Of a DNA stretch of 64,000 nucleotides, positions 39,537 to 49,415 are shown piece by piece (position 1 is the first letter of the stretch; each line of letters begins with the position of its first letter). A program made the position numbers and the translations under genes. The notes beneath the pieces are model-generated. The model was given only the letters and a program-made list of their open reading frames with translations. It ran no database searches and was not told where the DNA came from. The stretch is from an uncultured Thermoprotei archaeon (GTDB taxonomy: Archaea > Thermoproteota > Thermoprotei > Thermofilales > B15-G2), in assembly GCA_965367815.1 (NCBI GenBank), contig CBDUKN010000001.1, positions 1-64,000 of the forward strand. Reading direction: 5' to 3'.

Positions 39537-41081
39537 GGCGGTAACAAGCTCTACTAACGCTTTGAGACTAGGCGTAGTGAATTTTACTAAGGACAGCACT
39601 ATCCATGGAGCGAAGCCTATTAGCACTATGAACACTGCTAAGCCGAGCATACCAGCTAGCATCCACTTATTTGCTTCTTTTGCTTCAACTTCGATTTTCT
39701 CTTTGTACCAGAACACTTGCCAGAAGTATCTAAGTGAGTATGCTGCACTGATTAGAGTTGCTATAGCCATGAATACTGCTATGTAAAGAAAGCTCGGGTT
39801 TACTGAAGCTATTGATGCAATACCTGCTATGATCATGAACTCCGATATGAAACATGGAAGTGGAGGAGCTCCAGCTATACTGAATATCGAGATTATTCCA
39901 GCGATTCCGGTATACGGCATTTTGTCCATTAACCCGCTCATTTTAGTTATGTCTCTCATATGAGTCTGGTGCATTACTGAGCCGCCGACAAGGAAGAAGA
40001 GTCCTTTGCTCCAAGCATGTGCTACTAAGTGGAATGCTACACCAAAGAGAGCTAGAGGATTAGCTCCAGCTAGTAGCGCATATGTGCCTGCTGCTTCGCC
40101 TGCGAGAATGTAGCCCATGTGTGATATACTTGAGTAGGCGATAATTCTCTTGACATCTACTTCTTTAAGTGCCATGAATCCTCCGTAAAACGCAGTAATT
40201 ACGCCCAGTAGAGCCAGCGGTACCAGTATACTGGATGCCTCAGCCAAAGTGAGCGCAGGATTCTGCGCCAGTATAGTTAAGAAAGATATTCTTAGAATGG
40301 CATAAGCACCGGCCTCAATTATTATTCCGCTTAAGAGAGAAGACATAGGTGCAGGCGCCTCGCCGTGAGCATCTGGTAGCCATGTGTGCACGGGGAAGAT
40401 AGCCATTTTTACAGCAAAGCCGAACGTTAGGAAGGCGAAGATGTAGATCCAGAAGGCAGCTATTTTGTCGTATAGCTGTTTTATCATGAATAGCTCTAAT
40501 CCTTGGCCGCCGGTGAGCATCGCGAGCAGACCTAGGGCGACAATTATGAAGACTGCGCCCGCATGAGTGAATATGAAGAACTTAAACGCTACTTTAGCTG
40601 GATCTCGGTAGCCCCAGCGAGCTATGATGAAGTATGATGGTACTAGCATAAATTCCCAGAAAATGTAAAATGCAAGGAGGTTTGCTGAAATGAATACTCC
40701 GAGCAAGCCTGTGTATAGCAGTGACAGTAGCGCGTAGAAGACTGGTTTTTCTCTTGTGATATATCCGCAGGAGTACAGTGCGGAGAACAGGAAGAGTATT
40801 GAAGTTGTTACCACTAGAACATAGCTTAATCCATCGATAAACAGTGTGAATTTAATGTTTGCTGCCTGCGGAGTGATTAAGTTTATCCATGCGTAAGACT
40901 CAGTGTAGATATTTGAATATCCTAGGTTAAAGAAAGCGTAGCTGTATAGAATTACTTCGAATACACTTATTAGCAGTAGTAGCGCTAAGCCTATTTTTTC
41001 GGCTTTTTTCTCGGCTAAGTATATTATTGGAGCCGATACTACTGGAATTAAGAGACTTAACAAGAGGATCATATTATACAC
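39528..41081 (-). CDS. Antiporter-like membrane subunit (NuoM/MrpD-like) of membrane-bound hydrogenase
   Basis: FYIFWEFMLVP, AVKMAIFPVHTWLPDAH, IAYSSISHMG, FISEF. Confidence 0.9.
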   Translation of the reverse strand: MYNMILLLSLLIPVVSAPIIYLAEKKAEKIGLALLLLISVFEVILYSYAFFNLGYSNIYTESYAWINLITPQAANIKFTLFIDGLSYVLVVTTSILFLFSALYSCGYITREKPVFYALLSLLYTGLLGVFISANLLAFYIFWEFMLVPSYFIIARWGYRDPAKVAFKFFIFTHAGAVFIIVALGLLAMLTGGQGLELFMIKQLYDKIAAFWIYIFAFLTFGFAVKMAIFPVHTWLPDAHGEAPAPMSSLLSGIIIEAGAYAILRISFLTILAQNPALTLAEASSILVPLALLGVITAFYGGFMALKEVDVKRIIAYSSISHMGYILAGEAAGTYALLAGANPLALFGVAFHLVAHAWSKGLFFLVGGSVMHQTHMRDITKMSGLMDKMPYTGIAGIISIFSIAGAPPLPCFISEFMIIAGIASIASVNPSFLYIAVFMAIATLISAAYSLRYFWQVFWYKEKIEVEAKEANKWMLAGMLGLAVFIVLIGFAPWIVLSLVKFTTPSLKALVELVTALK

Positions 41082-43110
41082 CCCATAGGACGAGAATTAC
41101 TACAGCTAGAAGAATTACTAAACCTAAAAACGTGTAGGTGAGGAAGGATGAGAGTCTTCCAGTGTGTGCTTTCCTAATGAATCCTCCTAATTTAACTGCT
41201 CCATCGGCTATGATGTAATTAAGAGCGTCGAGAGCTCTGTCTACCAAGTAAGTTAGCGATGAAATAGCTTTTGCTAAAAGAACACTTCCAGTGACCTGTA
41301 CAGCATTGAGTGCTCTTTCTACATACCAGCTGGCGGTACTACATACTTTAACGAAACCTCTTGCCAATATTTGTTCGTAAAGGTAATCGAAGTAGTATCC
41401 GTTGACGAGTACAGTATTAAGTTTTCTAACAAATCCATATTTGTAGAATAGTTCTGGCGGATATTTTCTAGCTCCGTACACTGAATGCACTATTCCTATT
41501 GCTATCAAGGCTAAGAGAGTAGACATTACTGGGGTTATTATGTTTTCTTCGCTATGAGCATGTTCAATTAAGTAGACTGTTATGAGAGATTTTTTGAGTG
41601 GTCCAAAGAAGTGTTCAAAGAGTCCTGAAATTATAGCACCTGCAGCTAATATTAAAAGGGGTATAAGCATTACTGGAGGCGACTCGTGTGGATGATGCTT
41701 TTTCACGTGTTCGCTTTCAGGTACGAGAAATGTTAGATAAATCATTCTGAAAGTGTAGAATGCTGTAAGGAAGGCTGTTATAGTTAAGAGTAGCGATATT
41801 ATGTATTGCCCCGATATGTTAGCTACTTCTAAGATAAGATCCTTGCTCCAGAATCCGTTAAATGGAGGTATTCCGGCTAAACCGAGGGCTCCGATAAGCA
41901 TTGTTGCGAAAGTTATCGGCATATATTTCCTAAGTCCACCCATCAGTCTCATGTCTCTGCTTTCAACTGCATGTATTACGCTAGCGGCAGATAGGAAGAG
42001 GAGGGCTTTAAATATTGCGTGGTTCTCTAAGTGGAAGATTCCAGCGTACCATCCTTCCCATTCCTCTGCAATGAATCCGGCTAAGCCCAGCGCTGAGAAC
42101 ATGTAACCTAGCTGCGAAATAGTGGAGTAAGCTAATACTCTCTTTATGTCATTAGCTACAACGGCCATAGTGGCTGAAAGGAATGCTGTAAGTGAGCCTA
42201 TCAGTGCTACGGCGAGGAAGAATTCGTGTATGGCGTGTGCTTCAATGGGGGTTGCGTAGAGAACTTTAGGGTAGAAAAGTGTCAGTGTTTCGAGCCTGGC
42301 TACTAAGTATACTCCGGCTTTGACCATTGTTGCTGCGTGAATTAGTGCCGAGACTGTAGTTGGGCCCTCCATGGCATCGGGGAGCCATACATGCAATGGA
42401 AGCTGAGCCGATTTTCCTATAGCGCCGCCCAGCGCTAAGAGTAGTATTAGAGGTAGAATATACTTTAATGCGTGCACGTGTTCCGAGAACACTAAATAGT
42501 CTAGTGAGCCTACATGGAGCATTATCAAGGCAATTCCAGCCAGTAGAAGAACGTCACCTAGCCTGGTGGTAATAAATGCTTTTATTCCGGCTTTAGATGC
42601 TTCTTTCCTTTCGTACCAGTGTCCTATAAGTATACAGGAGCATATTCCAACAATTTCCCAGCCGATGTAAAGTAGGAAGAAGTTTGCGCCAAGCACTAGT
42701 ATGAGCATACCTCCTACAAATAGCAGCAAGAAAACGTAGTAGCGAATGAGTCTTTTATCACCGTGCATGTAGCCCTTGGAGAACAAGAAGACCATGGATG
42801 ATATTAGTGAGACAACGAACACCATTACTATGCTCAATGGATCTAGTAAGAATTTCAACTCAAATAGTTCTGTCTTGAAAGGCGCGTATGTCAATGAACT
42901 TAAGTCTACCACTATGTATGCTCCTTTTTCGGCTACTTCAGTGAAGTACGTGTAGACTAAGGAGAGCGAGAACGCTAATACTATAAAGGAGACGGCTATC
43001 GCAAAAATCTCAGCGATTTTTCTTGAAGCGCGTGAAAGTAGTATTACCAGCGGTATAGCTGCAAACGGTATTATCAGTATTGATGCGGTCTCTAGACTCA
43101 ACGATAGCAT
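41074..43110 (-). CDS. Antiporter-like membrane subunit (NuoL/MrpA-like)
   Basis: GKSAQLPLHVWLPDAMEGPTTVSALIHAATMV, AYSTISQLG, HAIFKA, GFWSKD; lateral-helix region present. Confidence 0.93.
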   Translation of the reverse strand: MLSLSLETASILIIPFAAIPLVILLSRASRKIAEIFAIAVSFIVLAFSLSLVYTYFTEVAEKGAYIVVDLSSLTYAPFKTELFELKFLLDPLSIVMVFVVSLISSMVFLFSKGYMHGDKRLIRYYVFLLLFVGGMLILVLGANFFLLYIGWEIVGICSCILIGHWYERKEASKAGIKAFITTRLGDVLLLAGIALIMLHVGSLDYLVFSEHVHALKYILPLILLLALGGAIGKSAQLPLHVWLPDAMEGPTTVSALIHAATMVKAGVYLVARLETLTLFYPKVLYATPIEAHAIHEFFLAVALIGSLTAFLSATMAVVANDIKRVLAYSTISQLGYMFSALGLAGFIAEEWEGWYAGIFHLENHAIFKALLFLSAASVIHAVESRDMRLMGGLRKYMPITFATMLIGALGLAGIPPFNGFWSKDLILEVANISGQYIISLLLTITAFLTAFYTFRMIYLTFLVPESEHVKKHHPHESPPVMLIPLLILAAGAIISGLFEHFFGPLKKSLITVYLIEHAHSEENIITPVMSTLLALIAIGIVHSVYGARKYPPELFYKYGFVRKLNTVLVNGYYFDYLYEQILARGFVKVCSTASWYVERALNAVQVTGSVLLAKAISSLTYLVDRALDALNYIIADGAVKLGGFIRKAHTGRLSSFLTYTFLGLVILLAVVILVLWGV

Positions 43111-43242
43111 GTAGTCACCCCTTTAGCACTCACAGTATCTTTCAATTATTTAAAAATCTAGCTATAGAGTAAGTATAATCTGATAAGGATCGCGCTCTCT
43201 AGTGTAAAGAGATCTATTAAACAAAAGTAAAGAATCGCTTAT

Positions 43243-44766
43243 TTATGTAAAGAAGCAGGCGAAGAGGTTCGGATACATTCCTGCAAGAACTAAAAGCGCT
43301 ACGAGTAGTATTAGTGGAGCCACTAGCTTAAGGTCGGTTTTTCCAAAGCTGGTTCCGGGGCTTTCGTAGACGCAGAAGTACTGTATTATACGTAGTCCAT
43401 AGGCAGCTGAAACCACGAATAGAAGCGCCGCTATAACAGCTACGTAGACTAGAATAGTGTTCGCAGTCGAAGCTACTGAGGATATCACGAAGAATTTCGC
43501 TACAAAGCCTGCAAGTGGCGGGACTCCAAAAACTGACATTATGCTTATCGCAGTCAACATAGTGATCAAGGGAGCTTTCTTAACTAAGCCCTTGGCTTCA
43601 TCTAAAGTATACACTCCTTTTTCTTCGACTAAGCCTATTAAGGCTACAGCTGTAGCTAGAGAAATATTGCTCACTGCAATAAAATAGGCTAATGGAAGAG
43701 CATAACTGGCCGTAGCGCCTACAGGTGGAGTTTTGGATGCAACGAAGAAGAGAGACAGCAGAACAACGTAGCCGGCGTCGGCTACAGCGCTGTAGCCGAG
43801 AATTCTTCGAAGCCTTCTTTGAGCCAGAGCGGAGGCTTCGCCTACGAGGATTGATAAAATAGAGAACACAATGAGTATTATCATCGGTAAGGTGAGTACC
43901 CCTAGTGAAACTGGAAGAAGACTGTATACTCCGATTATTCTTGCTACAGCATATGCGCCAGCAGTTTCCAGTGTTAAAACCATTAGCGGAACCGCGTACG
44001 GCTTAGAGCCTGTGTAAACGTCGGGTAGCCACATATAAAATGGTGGAAGACCTATTTCTATGCCTAATCCAGCTAAAATTAAAGCGAATGATAGAAGAAC
44101 TAAAGCTAGGCCTGTACCTTTAACTTTACTGATCAAGTTTACTACAGTATCGAAGTTAAGTATTTCAATAGACGGCCTAGCTAAAGAAGCTACAGCCATG
44201 TATACTAGTACTACCGCTACTAGCATGAATATTGACGAAACTACAGCCATGAAAATCATTTTTATCAAAGCTTCACCGCTTTCTTCACTAGTCTTATACG
44301 ACAGTACTCCTATTACGCTAGCTGTAGCAGCTTCCCACATGATCAAGAATATGAGGAAGTTATTAGATACCGTAACTAAGATAGACGTCGCTATAAGTGA
44401 CATAGCTAAAGCCACGAAATCTCCGCTTTCTTTTTTCTCGAGGTCTATTCTTTGTACTACATGGATTAGCATAAGGAAAGCTGCAGTGAGTATGATGAAG
44501 TTTATGAAGAGTGAGAGTGAGTCTACAGCAACGGCTGTGAAAATTCCTGCTCCGAAGTAAACTACTTTAGATGCACTTGAGGCGTATTGACTAAAAGCCT
44601 GATAGAAGAAAATTAGAGCCACAATGTATGTGGCAATAATCCATAAAGTGGAAAGCAGCTTTCTTCTGGCCTCAGTAAGCTTAGATGCTAACGCATATAT
44701 TATTGAAGAGGCGTATATGGAAGCTATTTCCAGGATTATACATGAAGGTATATTCATGTATATCAC
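43243..44766 (-). CDS. Antiporter-like membrane subunit (NuoN-like)
   Basis: EALIK, PFYMWLPDVY, LRRILGYS, GVPPLAGFVAKF. Confidence 0.88.
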   Translation of the reverse strand: MIYMNIPSCIILEIASIYASSIIYALASKLTEARRKLLSTLWIIATYIVALIFFYQAFSQYASSASKVVYFGAGIFTAVAVDSLSLFINFIILTAAFLMLIHVVQRIDLEKKESGDFVALAMSLIATSILVTVSNNFLIFLIMWEAATASVIGVLSYKTSEESGEALIKMIFMAVVSSIFMLVAVVLVYMAVASLARPSIEILNFDTVVNLISKVKGTGLALVLLSFALILAGLGIEIGLPPFYMWLPDVYTGSKPYAVPLMVLTLETAGAYAVARIIGVYSLLPVSLGVLTLPMIILIVFSILSILVGEASALAQRRLRRILGYSAVADAGYVVLLSLFFVASKTPPVGATASYALPLAYFIAVSNISLATAVALIGLVEEKGVYTLDEAKGLVKKAPLITMLTAISIMSVFGVPPLAGFVAKFFVISSVASTANTILVYVAVIAALLFVVSAAYGLRIIQYFCVYESPGTSFGKTDLKLVAPLILLVALLVLAGMYPNLFACFFT

Positions 44767-45074
44767 CCTTTAAGCTTACTCATTTCATCAGGAGATTTCA
44801 CCTTAAACTTCCTGTAAATAAGCATTATACATGCTAAAAGTATTCCAGTTATACTTGAGTCAAGGAATACCAGAAGCACGATGAATGTTTGACCTACTAC
44901 TATACCTAGATAGCTACTAGAGAAAAGCAATATTCCTAGTAAAACCATCGCTGAAAGCACTATAATTTCAAGTGAGATTAGTATTTTTGCCCAGTTTCTC
45001 TTGGATAGTAGTCCATAGATTCCTACGGCCATCAGTATTACGCTAAAGTATAGATACGTGTTTAAGTAATTCAT
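44763..45074 (-). CDS. NuoK-like subunit
   Basis: 3 TM helices, GIYGLL..RN, ISLEII, C-terminal SKLKG. Confidence 0.85.
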   Translation of the reverse strand: MNYLNTYLYFSVILMAVGIYGLLSKRNWAKILISLEIIVLSAMVLLGILLFSSSYLGIVVGQTFIVLLVFLDSSITGILLACIMLIYRKFKVKSPDEMSKLKG

Positions 45075-45520
45075 TTCTTCTCACCCTCTTTAATGATTAC
45101 TCTAAGGCTTAAAGCTAAAGCTAAAATAAAGACTCCGTGAGCTAAGATAAGAGGAAGAGCGCTTTTATGTAAACCAAGTATCATTTCGGGAACTTCTCCT
45201 CTTAATTCAACTCTACTAAACACTGCTAGAAGTGTTAAAGCAAAGATAGAGGCTACTGTTAATCCTAGAGATTTTTTCTCTCTTTTTTCTTCTCTGGCAA
45301 GAGAGTATAGTGTAGCAATAAATGCGAAAGAGCCTAAGCTGAGAGCTAGAGCCATTAATGCTAATGCTAGAAGCTGAACATGAATCATGAATCCGGCTAA
45401 TGATATGCTGAAAACTACGAAATATAGTAGAGATCTAGGAGGTCTTTTCTCTTCAATTGCCATTACTGCTGAAAATAAGGCTGTTATTCCTAATATTATA
45501 GATACCGCGACATTTATCAT
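45071..45520 (-). CDS. NuoJ-like subunit
   Basis: Hydrophobic protein with about 5 TM helices, located between the NuoI-like and NuoK-like genes. Confidence 0.65.
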   Translation of the reverse strand: MINVAVSIILGITALFSAVMAIEEKRPPRSLLYFVVFSISLAGFMIHVQLLALALMALALSLGSFAFIATLYSLAREEKREKKSLGLTVASIFALTLLAVFSRVELRGEVPEMILGLHKSALPLILAHGVFILALALSLRVIIKEGEKK

Positions 45521-45909
45521 CGTCTAACACCTCTTTTTAAAGGCTTGACCTTTTCTTTAGGAGTAACTATCTTTAGGGTATCTTTATTATATGTAGCTAG
45601 CTCAAATTCTCCTGAAGGCTTTATTGCACCGAACCTGCATGCTTCGATGCATTGGTGACAGAAAATGCAACGGTCTAAGTAGAATATGGGAATTCTTCTC
45701 TTTACTTCTTGAATTGTTATCATTTCAATTGCGCCGCTAGGACAGTAAATTGCACAGAGTCCGCAGCCTACACATTTATCTACATCGTAGACTATTTTCC
45801 CTCTTATATTATGTGAAGGCTTCGGAGGCTCGAATGGGTACTGCTCTGTTACAGGCTTCTTAAAAACTGATTTAATTACAGCCGGAATTAGTTTCGGGAC
45901 GACTCTCAT
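45517..45909 (-). CDS. NuoI-like 2[4Fe-4S] subunit
   Basis: TEQYP, RG, CVGCGLCAIYCP, CIFCHQCIEAC. Confidence 0.92.
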   Translation of the reverse strand: MRVVPKLIPAVIKSVFKKPVTEQYPFEPPKPSHNIRGKIVYDVDKCVGCGLCAIYCPSGAIEMITIQEVKRRIPIFYLDRCIFCHQCIEACRFGAIKPSGEFELATYNKDTLKIVTPKEKVKPLKRGVRR

Positions 45910-46895
45910 AGTATTACACCCGGTAGAGCTTTAATAATAAATAAAATAGATAGAGAAAGGAATGATAGCGGTATTATGTATTTCCAGAAAATATCTAGCA
46001 GATTATATATTCTGATTCTAGTAGAGGCTGCTTCTATAGCGAAAAGCATAAAGAGAACGAGCATTGCTTTAATGAGCATTTCGATAGTGCTAAGCGGCAC
46101 AAATATAGCTGAAATCGGGGGTATGAGAACGCCGAAGAATAATGAAGCTGTGAAAAATGATACATAAACCATCTGAATATCTCTGAAAAGATCTAGGAAG
46201 GCTAGTTTTCTTCCCGAAATCTCTGTAATATAACCTGCTACTAGTTCTGTTTCAGCGTGAGGGATATCGAAGGGATCTTCTTCTAAGTCTGCCTGCTGAG
46301 AAAGCAAGAACAAGATGAATGCGAGTATATGAGGTGCTAGTAGAAGGGGATTTTTGAGAATTGTTGAGGGAAGTTTTTGAGCTATCGTCGCTATGCATAG
46401 ACTTTCTGCCTCAAATGCCGGTACAAGCGCTAATGTTATGGCAGCTATATCGAAGCCCACTATTTGTAATAAGAGTCTCACTGCGCCAGCTTTAGTGAAG
46501 GAGCTTCTGAAAGTCCATCCAACGAGATATAAGAGAAGAGAAGCCATGGATGATAAGAAGAGTACTAGTAGTAGGTCTCCTTCAAACGAGAAGATAGGTG
46601 TACCCATTACTGGGACGAAGAACAGGCTGAAAATGAAGAGCGTAGGTGCCACAAGTAGAACTACTGTAAGAAGTCTCTGGTCGCCTGTAGTGACTTCGAT
46701 GTCTTCCTTAAAGAGGAGCTTGAGGAAATCGGCTAAAGGCTGAAGAATTCCTCTAAAGCCAGTGTATGTAGGACCAAGCCTACTTTGCATTCTTGCTACT
46801 AGTTTTCTTTTGTACCATTCAAAAAATATTGCGAGCGCCACTAAGTAAGCGAGTCCGGGAAAAACTATTACCTGAATTAATTTAAAGTACTCCAT
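45906..46895 (-). CDS. NuoH/HycD-like membrane subunit
   Basis: RKLVARMQSRLGP, LQPLADFLKLLFKE, PFDIPHAETELVAGY. Confidence 0.92.
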   Translation of the reverse strand: MEYFKLIQVIVFPGLAYLVALAIFFEWYKRKLVARMQSRLGPTYTGFRGILQPLADFLKLLFKEDIEVTTGDQRLLTVVLLVAPTLFIFSLFFVPVMGTPIFSFEGDLLLVLFLSSMASLLLYLVGWTFRSSFTKAGAVRLLLQIVGFDIAAITLALVPAFEAESLCIATIAQKLPSTILKNPLLLAPHILAFILFLLSQQADLEEDPFDIPHAETELVAGYITEISGRKLAFLDLFRDIQMVYVSFFTASLFFGVLIPPISAIFVPLSTIEMLIKAMLVLFMLFAIEAASTRIRIYNLLDIFWKYIIPLSFLSLSILFIIKALPGVIL

Positions 46896-46899
46896 TTTC

Positions 46900-48063
46900 T
46901 CACCTTCTCCAATATTTCTTCTTTATCTCCTCAAGAGATAGTTTCATTACTTTACCGGAAGAAACATCTATGAAAGTAAGTCTATCTGTACACGAGAAAC
47001 AGGGATCTATGGACACGAGTATAGCGGGGACATCCGCTATTGTATGGCCGATGAAGGTTGGAGCTATAGCCAGTATATTTGCGAAAGTAGGTGTCCTGAC
47101 TTTGAGCCTATAGGGCTTGACATCTCCTTTACAGAACACGTGGTGTAGGAGCTCTCCTCGAGGTGCCTCTACTCTACTTACTCCTTCTCCTGCAGGAAGT
47201 CTCGCTGGAACTCTAACTCTGATATCTCCTTGAGGAAGATGTTTTAGAGCATAGCGTATTATGTTAATAGACTCAAGGGTTTCATCAACTCTTACCATCA
47301 TGCGCGCCCATGAGTCACACTCCTTGTAAGTTATCACGTTGAATGGTATTTCATCAAAAGCTGCATAAGGATCATGTGCTCTCACATCGTAGTCTACACC
47401 CGATCCTCTTGCAGTAGGCCCGACGGCGCATCTTTCAATAGCGTCTCTCGGCTTCAGAATACCTATATCGACCATTCTTTCTCTGTAGAGAGGATCTTCC
47501 TCGAGCACTTTCTTATGGAACTTTGTGTCCTTCTCTACCTTATCCAGAATCTTCAATATTTTTTCTTTCTGAGTATCATTTATATCACGTCTAACTCCTC
47601 CAATCGTATTAAACGCGGAAGTCACTCTGTTTCCTGTGACATCTTCTATTATATCCATTATTGCTTCACGGTCTCTCCAAAGATACATGAACTCTGTCTC
47701 CCAGCCGAGAAGCTCTGCTGCGACTCCGAGAATTAAGAGGTGGCTGTGAATACGGTTTAGTTCATGCACTATTACTCTTAGGTACTTGGCTCTCTCGGGA
47801 ACTTCTATTCCGGCCATGTCTTCTACTGCCTGTACGTAGCATAGGGTATGTGCTACATTACAGATACCGCATATTCTTTCGGTTAAGTAAATATTCTGAA
47901 TAAAGTTCTTGGTTTCTGCAAGCTTCTCTATACCGCGGTGAATATAACCTATCTTAACGTCAACGTCTACAATTATTTCGCCGTCTACTTTAAATCTAAA
48001 TCTCTCAGGCTCGTGTAGAGCTGGGTGCTGAGGTCCGAAGAGCAAGTCTACAGCATACGACAT
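46900..48063 (-). CDS. Group 4 [NiFe]-hydrogenase large subunit (NuoD homolog)
   Basis: GPQHPALHEP, HRGIE, ERICGIC (L1), EAPRGE, DPCFSCTDR (L2) plus a C-terminal extension. Confidence 0.95.
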   Translation of the reverse strand: MSYAVDLLFGPQHPALHEPERFRFKVDGEIIVDVDVKIGYIHRGIEKLAETKNFIQNIYLTERICGICNVAHTLCYVQAVEDMAGIEVPERAKYLRVIVHELNRIHSHLLILGVAAELLGWETEFMYLWRDREAIMDIIEDVTGNRVTSAFNTIGGVRRDINDTQKEKILKILDKVEKDTKFHKKVLEEDPLYRERMVDIGILKPRDAIERCAVGPTARGSGVDYDVRAHDPYAAFDEIPFNVITYKECDSWARMMVRVDETLESINIIRYALKHLPQGDIRVRVPARLPAGEGVSRVEAPRGELLHHVFCKGDVKPYRLKVRTPTFANILAIAPTFIGHTIADVPAILVSIDPCFSCTDRLTFIDVSSGKVMKLSLEEIKKKYWRR

Positions 48064-48067
48064 GCCA

Positions 48068-48508
48068 TCACCTCTTCTTCCTTAAAGGGAAGTAGTCTTT
48101 CGGAAAATGTTCGGGCAAAATAAATGATTTTTTCAGCTTATCATTTCCTTTAAACACTATTCCAAATAGATCGTATACTTCACACTCATTGAAAAGTGCT
48201 CCTGGAATAACTCCGACTATTGAAGGCAGCTCGGGTTTACTTGGATTCACTTTGGCTTTAAGCACTAGTGCTACCTTTGGGCTGTACAGCCATAAATCGT
48301 AGAATACTTCAAGATAATCTATGTAATCAACAGCTGAAATCGTGGTTACATGTATATCTCCAAAAGAATCTTTAAGAGCCTTAACTGCCTTGTCCACCAC
48401 TTCAGCTTTAACTTCGACTATGTAAAGTCTATCTCTTTTCTTCTTTATGTCTACCAGGTACTCTCTTAGGCAGCCTTGCAGTTTTTCAAGGAAACTGTTT
48501 CTGCTCAT
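48068..48508 (-). CDS. NuoC-like subunit
   Basis: TISAVD, PSI, ECEVYDLFGIVF.G, FPLRK. Confidence 0.9.
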   Translation of the reverse strand: MSRNSFLEKLQGCLREYLVDIKKKRDRLYIVEVKAEVVDKAVKALKDSFGDIHVTTISAVDYIDYLEVFYDLWLYSPKVALVLKAKVNPSKPELPSIVGVIPGALFNECEVYDLFGIVFKGNDKLKKSFILPEHFPKDYFPLRKKR

Positions 48509-48942
48509 TTAGCTTCACCCTTAAGCTTCTGAAGAAGTAAAACGACACCTTTTATAATAGCTTCAGGGCGTGGAGGGCATCCTGGCACGTAAACATCTAC
48601 AGGAATCACCGTGTCTACTCCTCCTTTAATGGTGTAGCCTCCTCTAAAGACTCCTCCGCTGCATGCGCATGTTCCAACAGCTATTACGAATTTGGGCTGT
48701 GGAACTTGCTCATATATTCTCTTGACTCTCTCGGCCATTTGCTCTGTTACAGGTCCTGTCACTAAGAGTACGTCTGCGTGACGCGGGGATCCGACGAGCT
48801 TTATTCCAAATCTCTCTACGTCAAATCGCGGAGTTAGCGCAGCCAGTATTTCTATGTCGCAGGCATTACAGCTACCTGTATTTATGTGATAGATCCAGGG
48901 GGACTTTATTCTAGACCATAGAGCTAGTCGATAGAGAGACAT
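48505..48942 (-). CDS. Group 4 hydrogenase small subunit (NuoB homolog)
   Basis: GSCNACDIE, SPRHAD, GTCA, PVDVYVPGCPPRP. Confidence 0.95.
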   Translation of the reverse strand: MSLYRLALWSRIKSPWIYHINTGSCNACDIEILAALTPRFDVERFGIKLVGSPRHADVLLVTGPVTEQMAERVKRIYEQVPQPKFVIAVGTCACSGGVFRGGYTIKGGVDTVIPVDVYVPGCPPRPEAIIKGVVLLLQKLKGEAK

Positions 48943-48946
48943 AGCT

Positions 48947-49276
48947 TCACCTCAATATAATCAAGCATGCAATAAGCACAATCATCAAGTACAAAGATAG
49001 AATAGGGTAAAAGATAGGAGATGATCTCAAGAATATTAGAAGAAGGCCTGTTATTACAGGAACAGAATCAAAAATAGCGAAAACGAGAATATACTTAAAG
49101 TAGGTTATGGAGAAGTTATCTAAAGTAAACATTTCCCTCTCGCCGCAGGCGAAAATTCTTCTCTTGTCTCCTTCCTTAGGGTTCTTAGGAGCAAGTTTAC
49201 CTGCGGTAATATAAGTGAGAGCGAGCAGAACAAAGGTCAGTATCAAGGATATAACCATAATTAATCCTTCCTCCAT
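48947..49276 (-). CDS. NuoA-like subunit
   Basis: 3 TM helices, FACGE loop, YILVFAIFD. Confidence 0.85.
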   Translation of the reverse strand: MEEGLIMVISLILTFVLLALTYITAGKLAPKNPKEGDKRRIFACGEREMFTLDNFSITYFKYILVFAIFDSVPVITGLLLIFLRSSPIFYPILSLYLMIVLIACLIILR

Positions 49277-49415
49277 AGTCTTCCTCCACGGGGAAGAAGA
49301 GCTTAGAATACTAATAGTTAACGGTGGGTTATCTCAATAAAAGCTAAAGAATATTTACCTATAGTAAAATCTCAGCAAATATTTTGTCCAACGGTCCGCT
49401 GAATACTGTAAAACT

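Noticed and set aside
36809-48063. Selenocysteine in the hydrogenase large subunits
   Set aside because: All Ni-ligand positions are Cys codons within uninterrupted ORFs.
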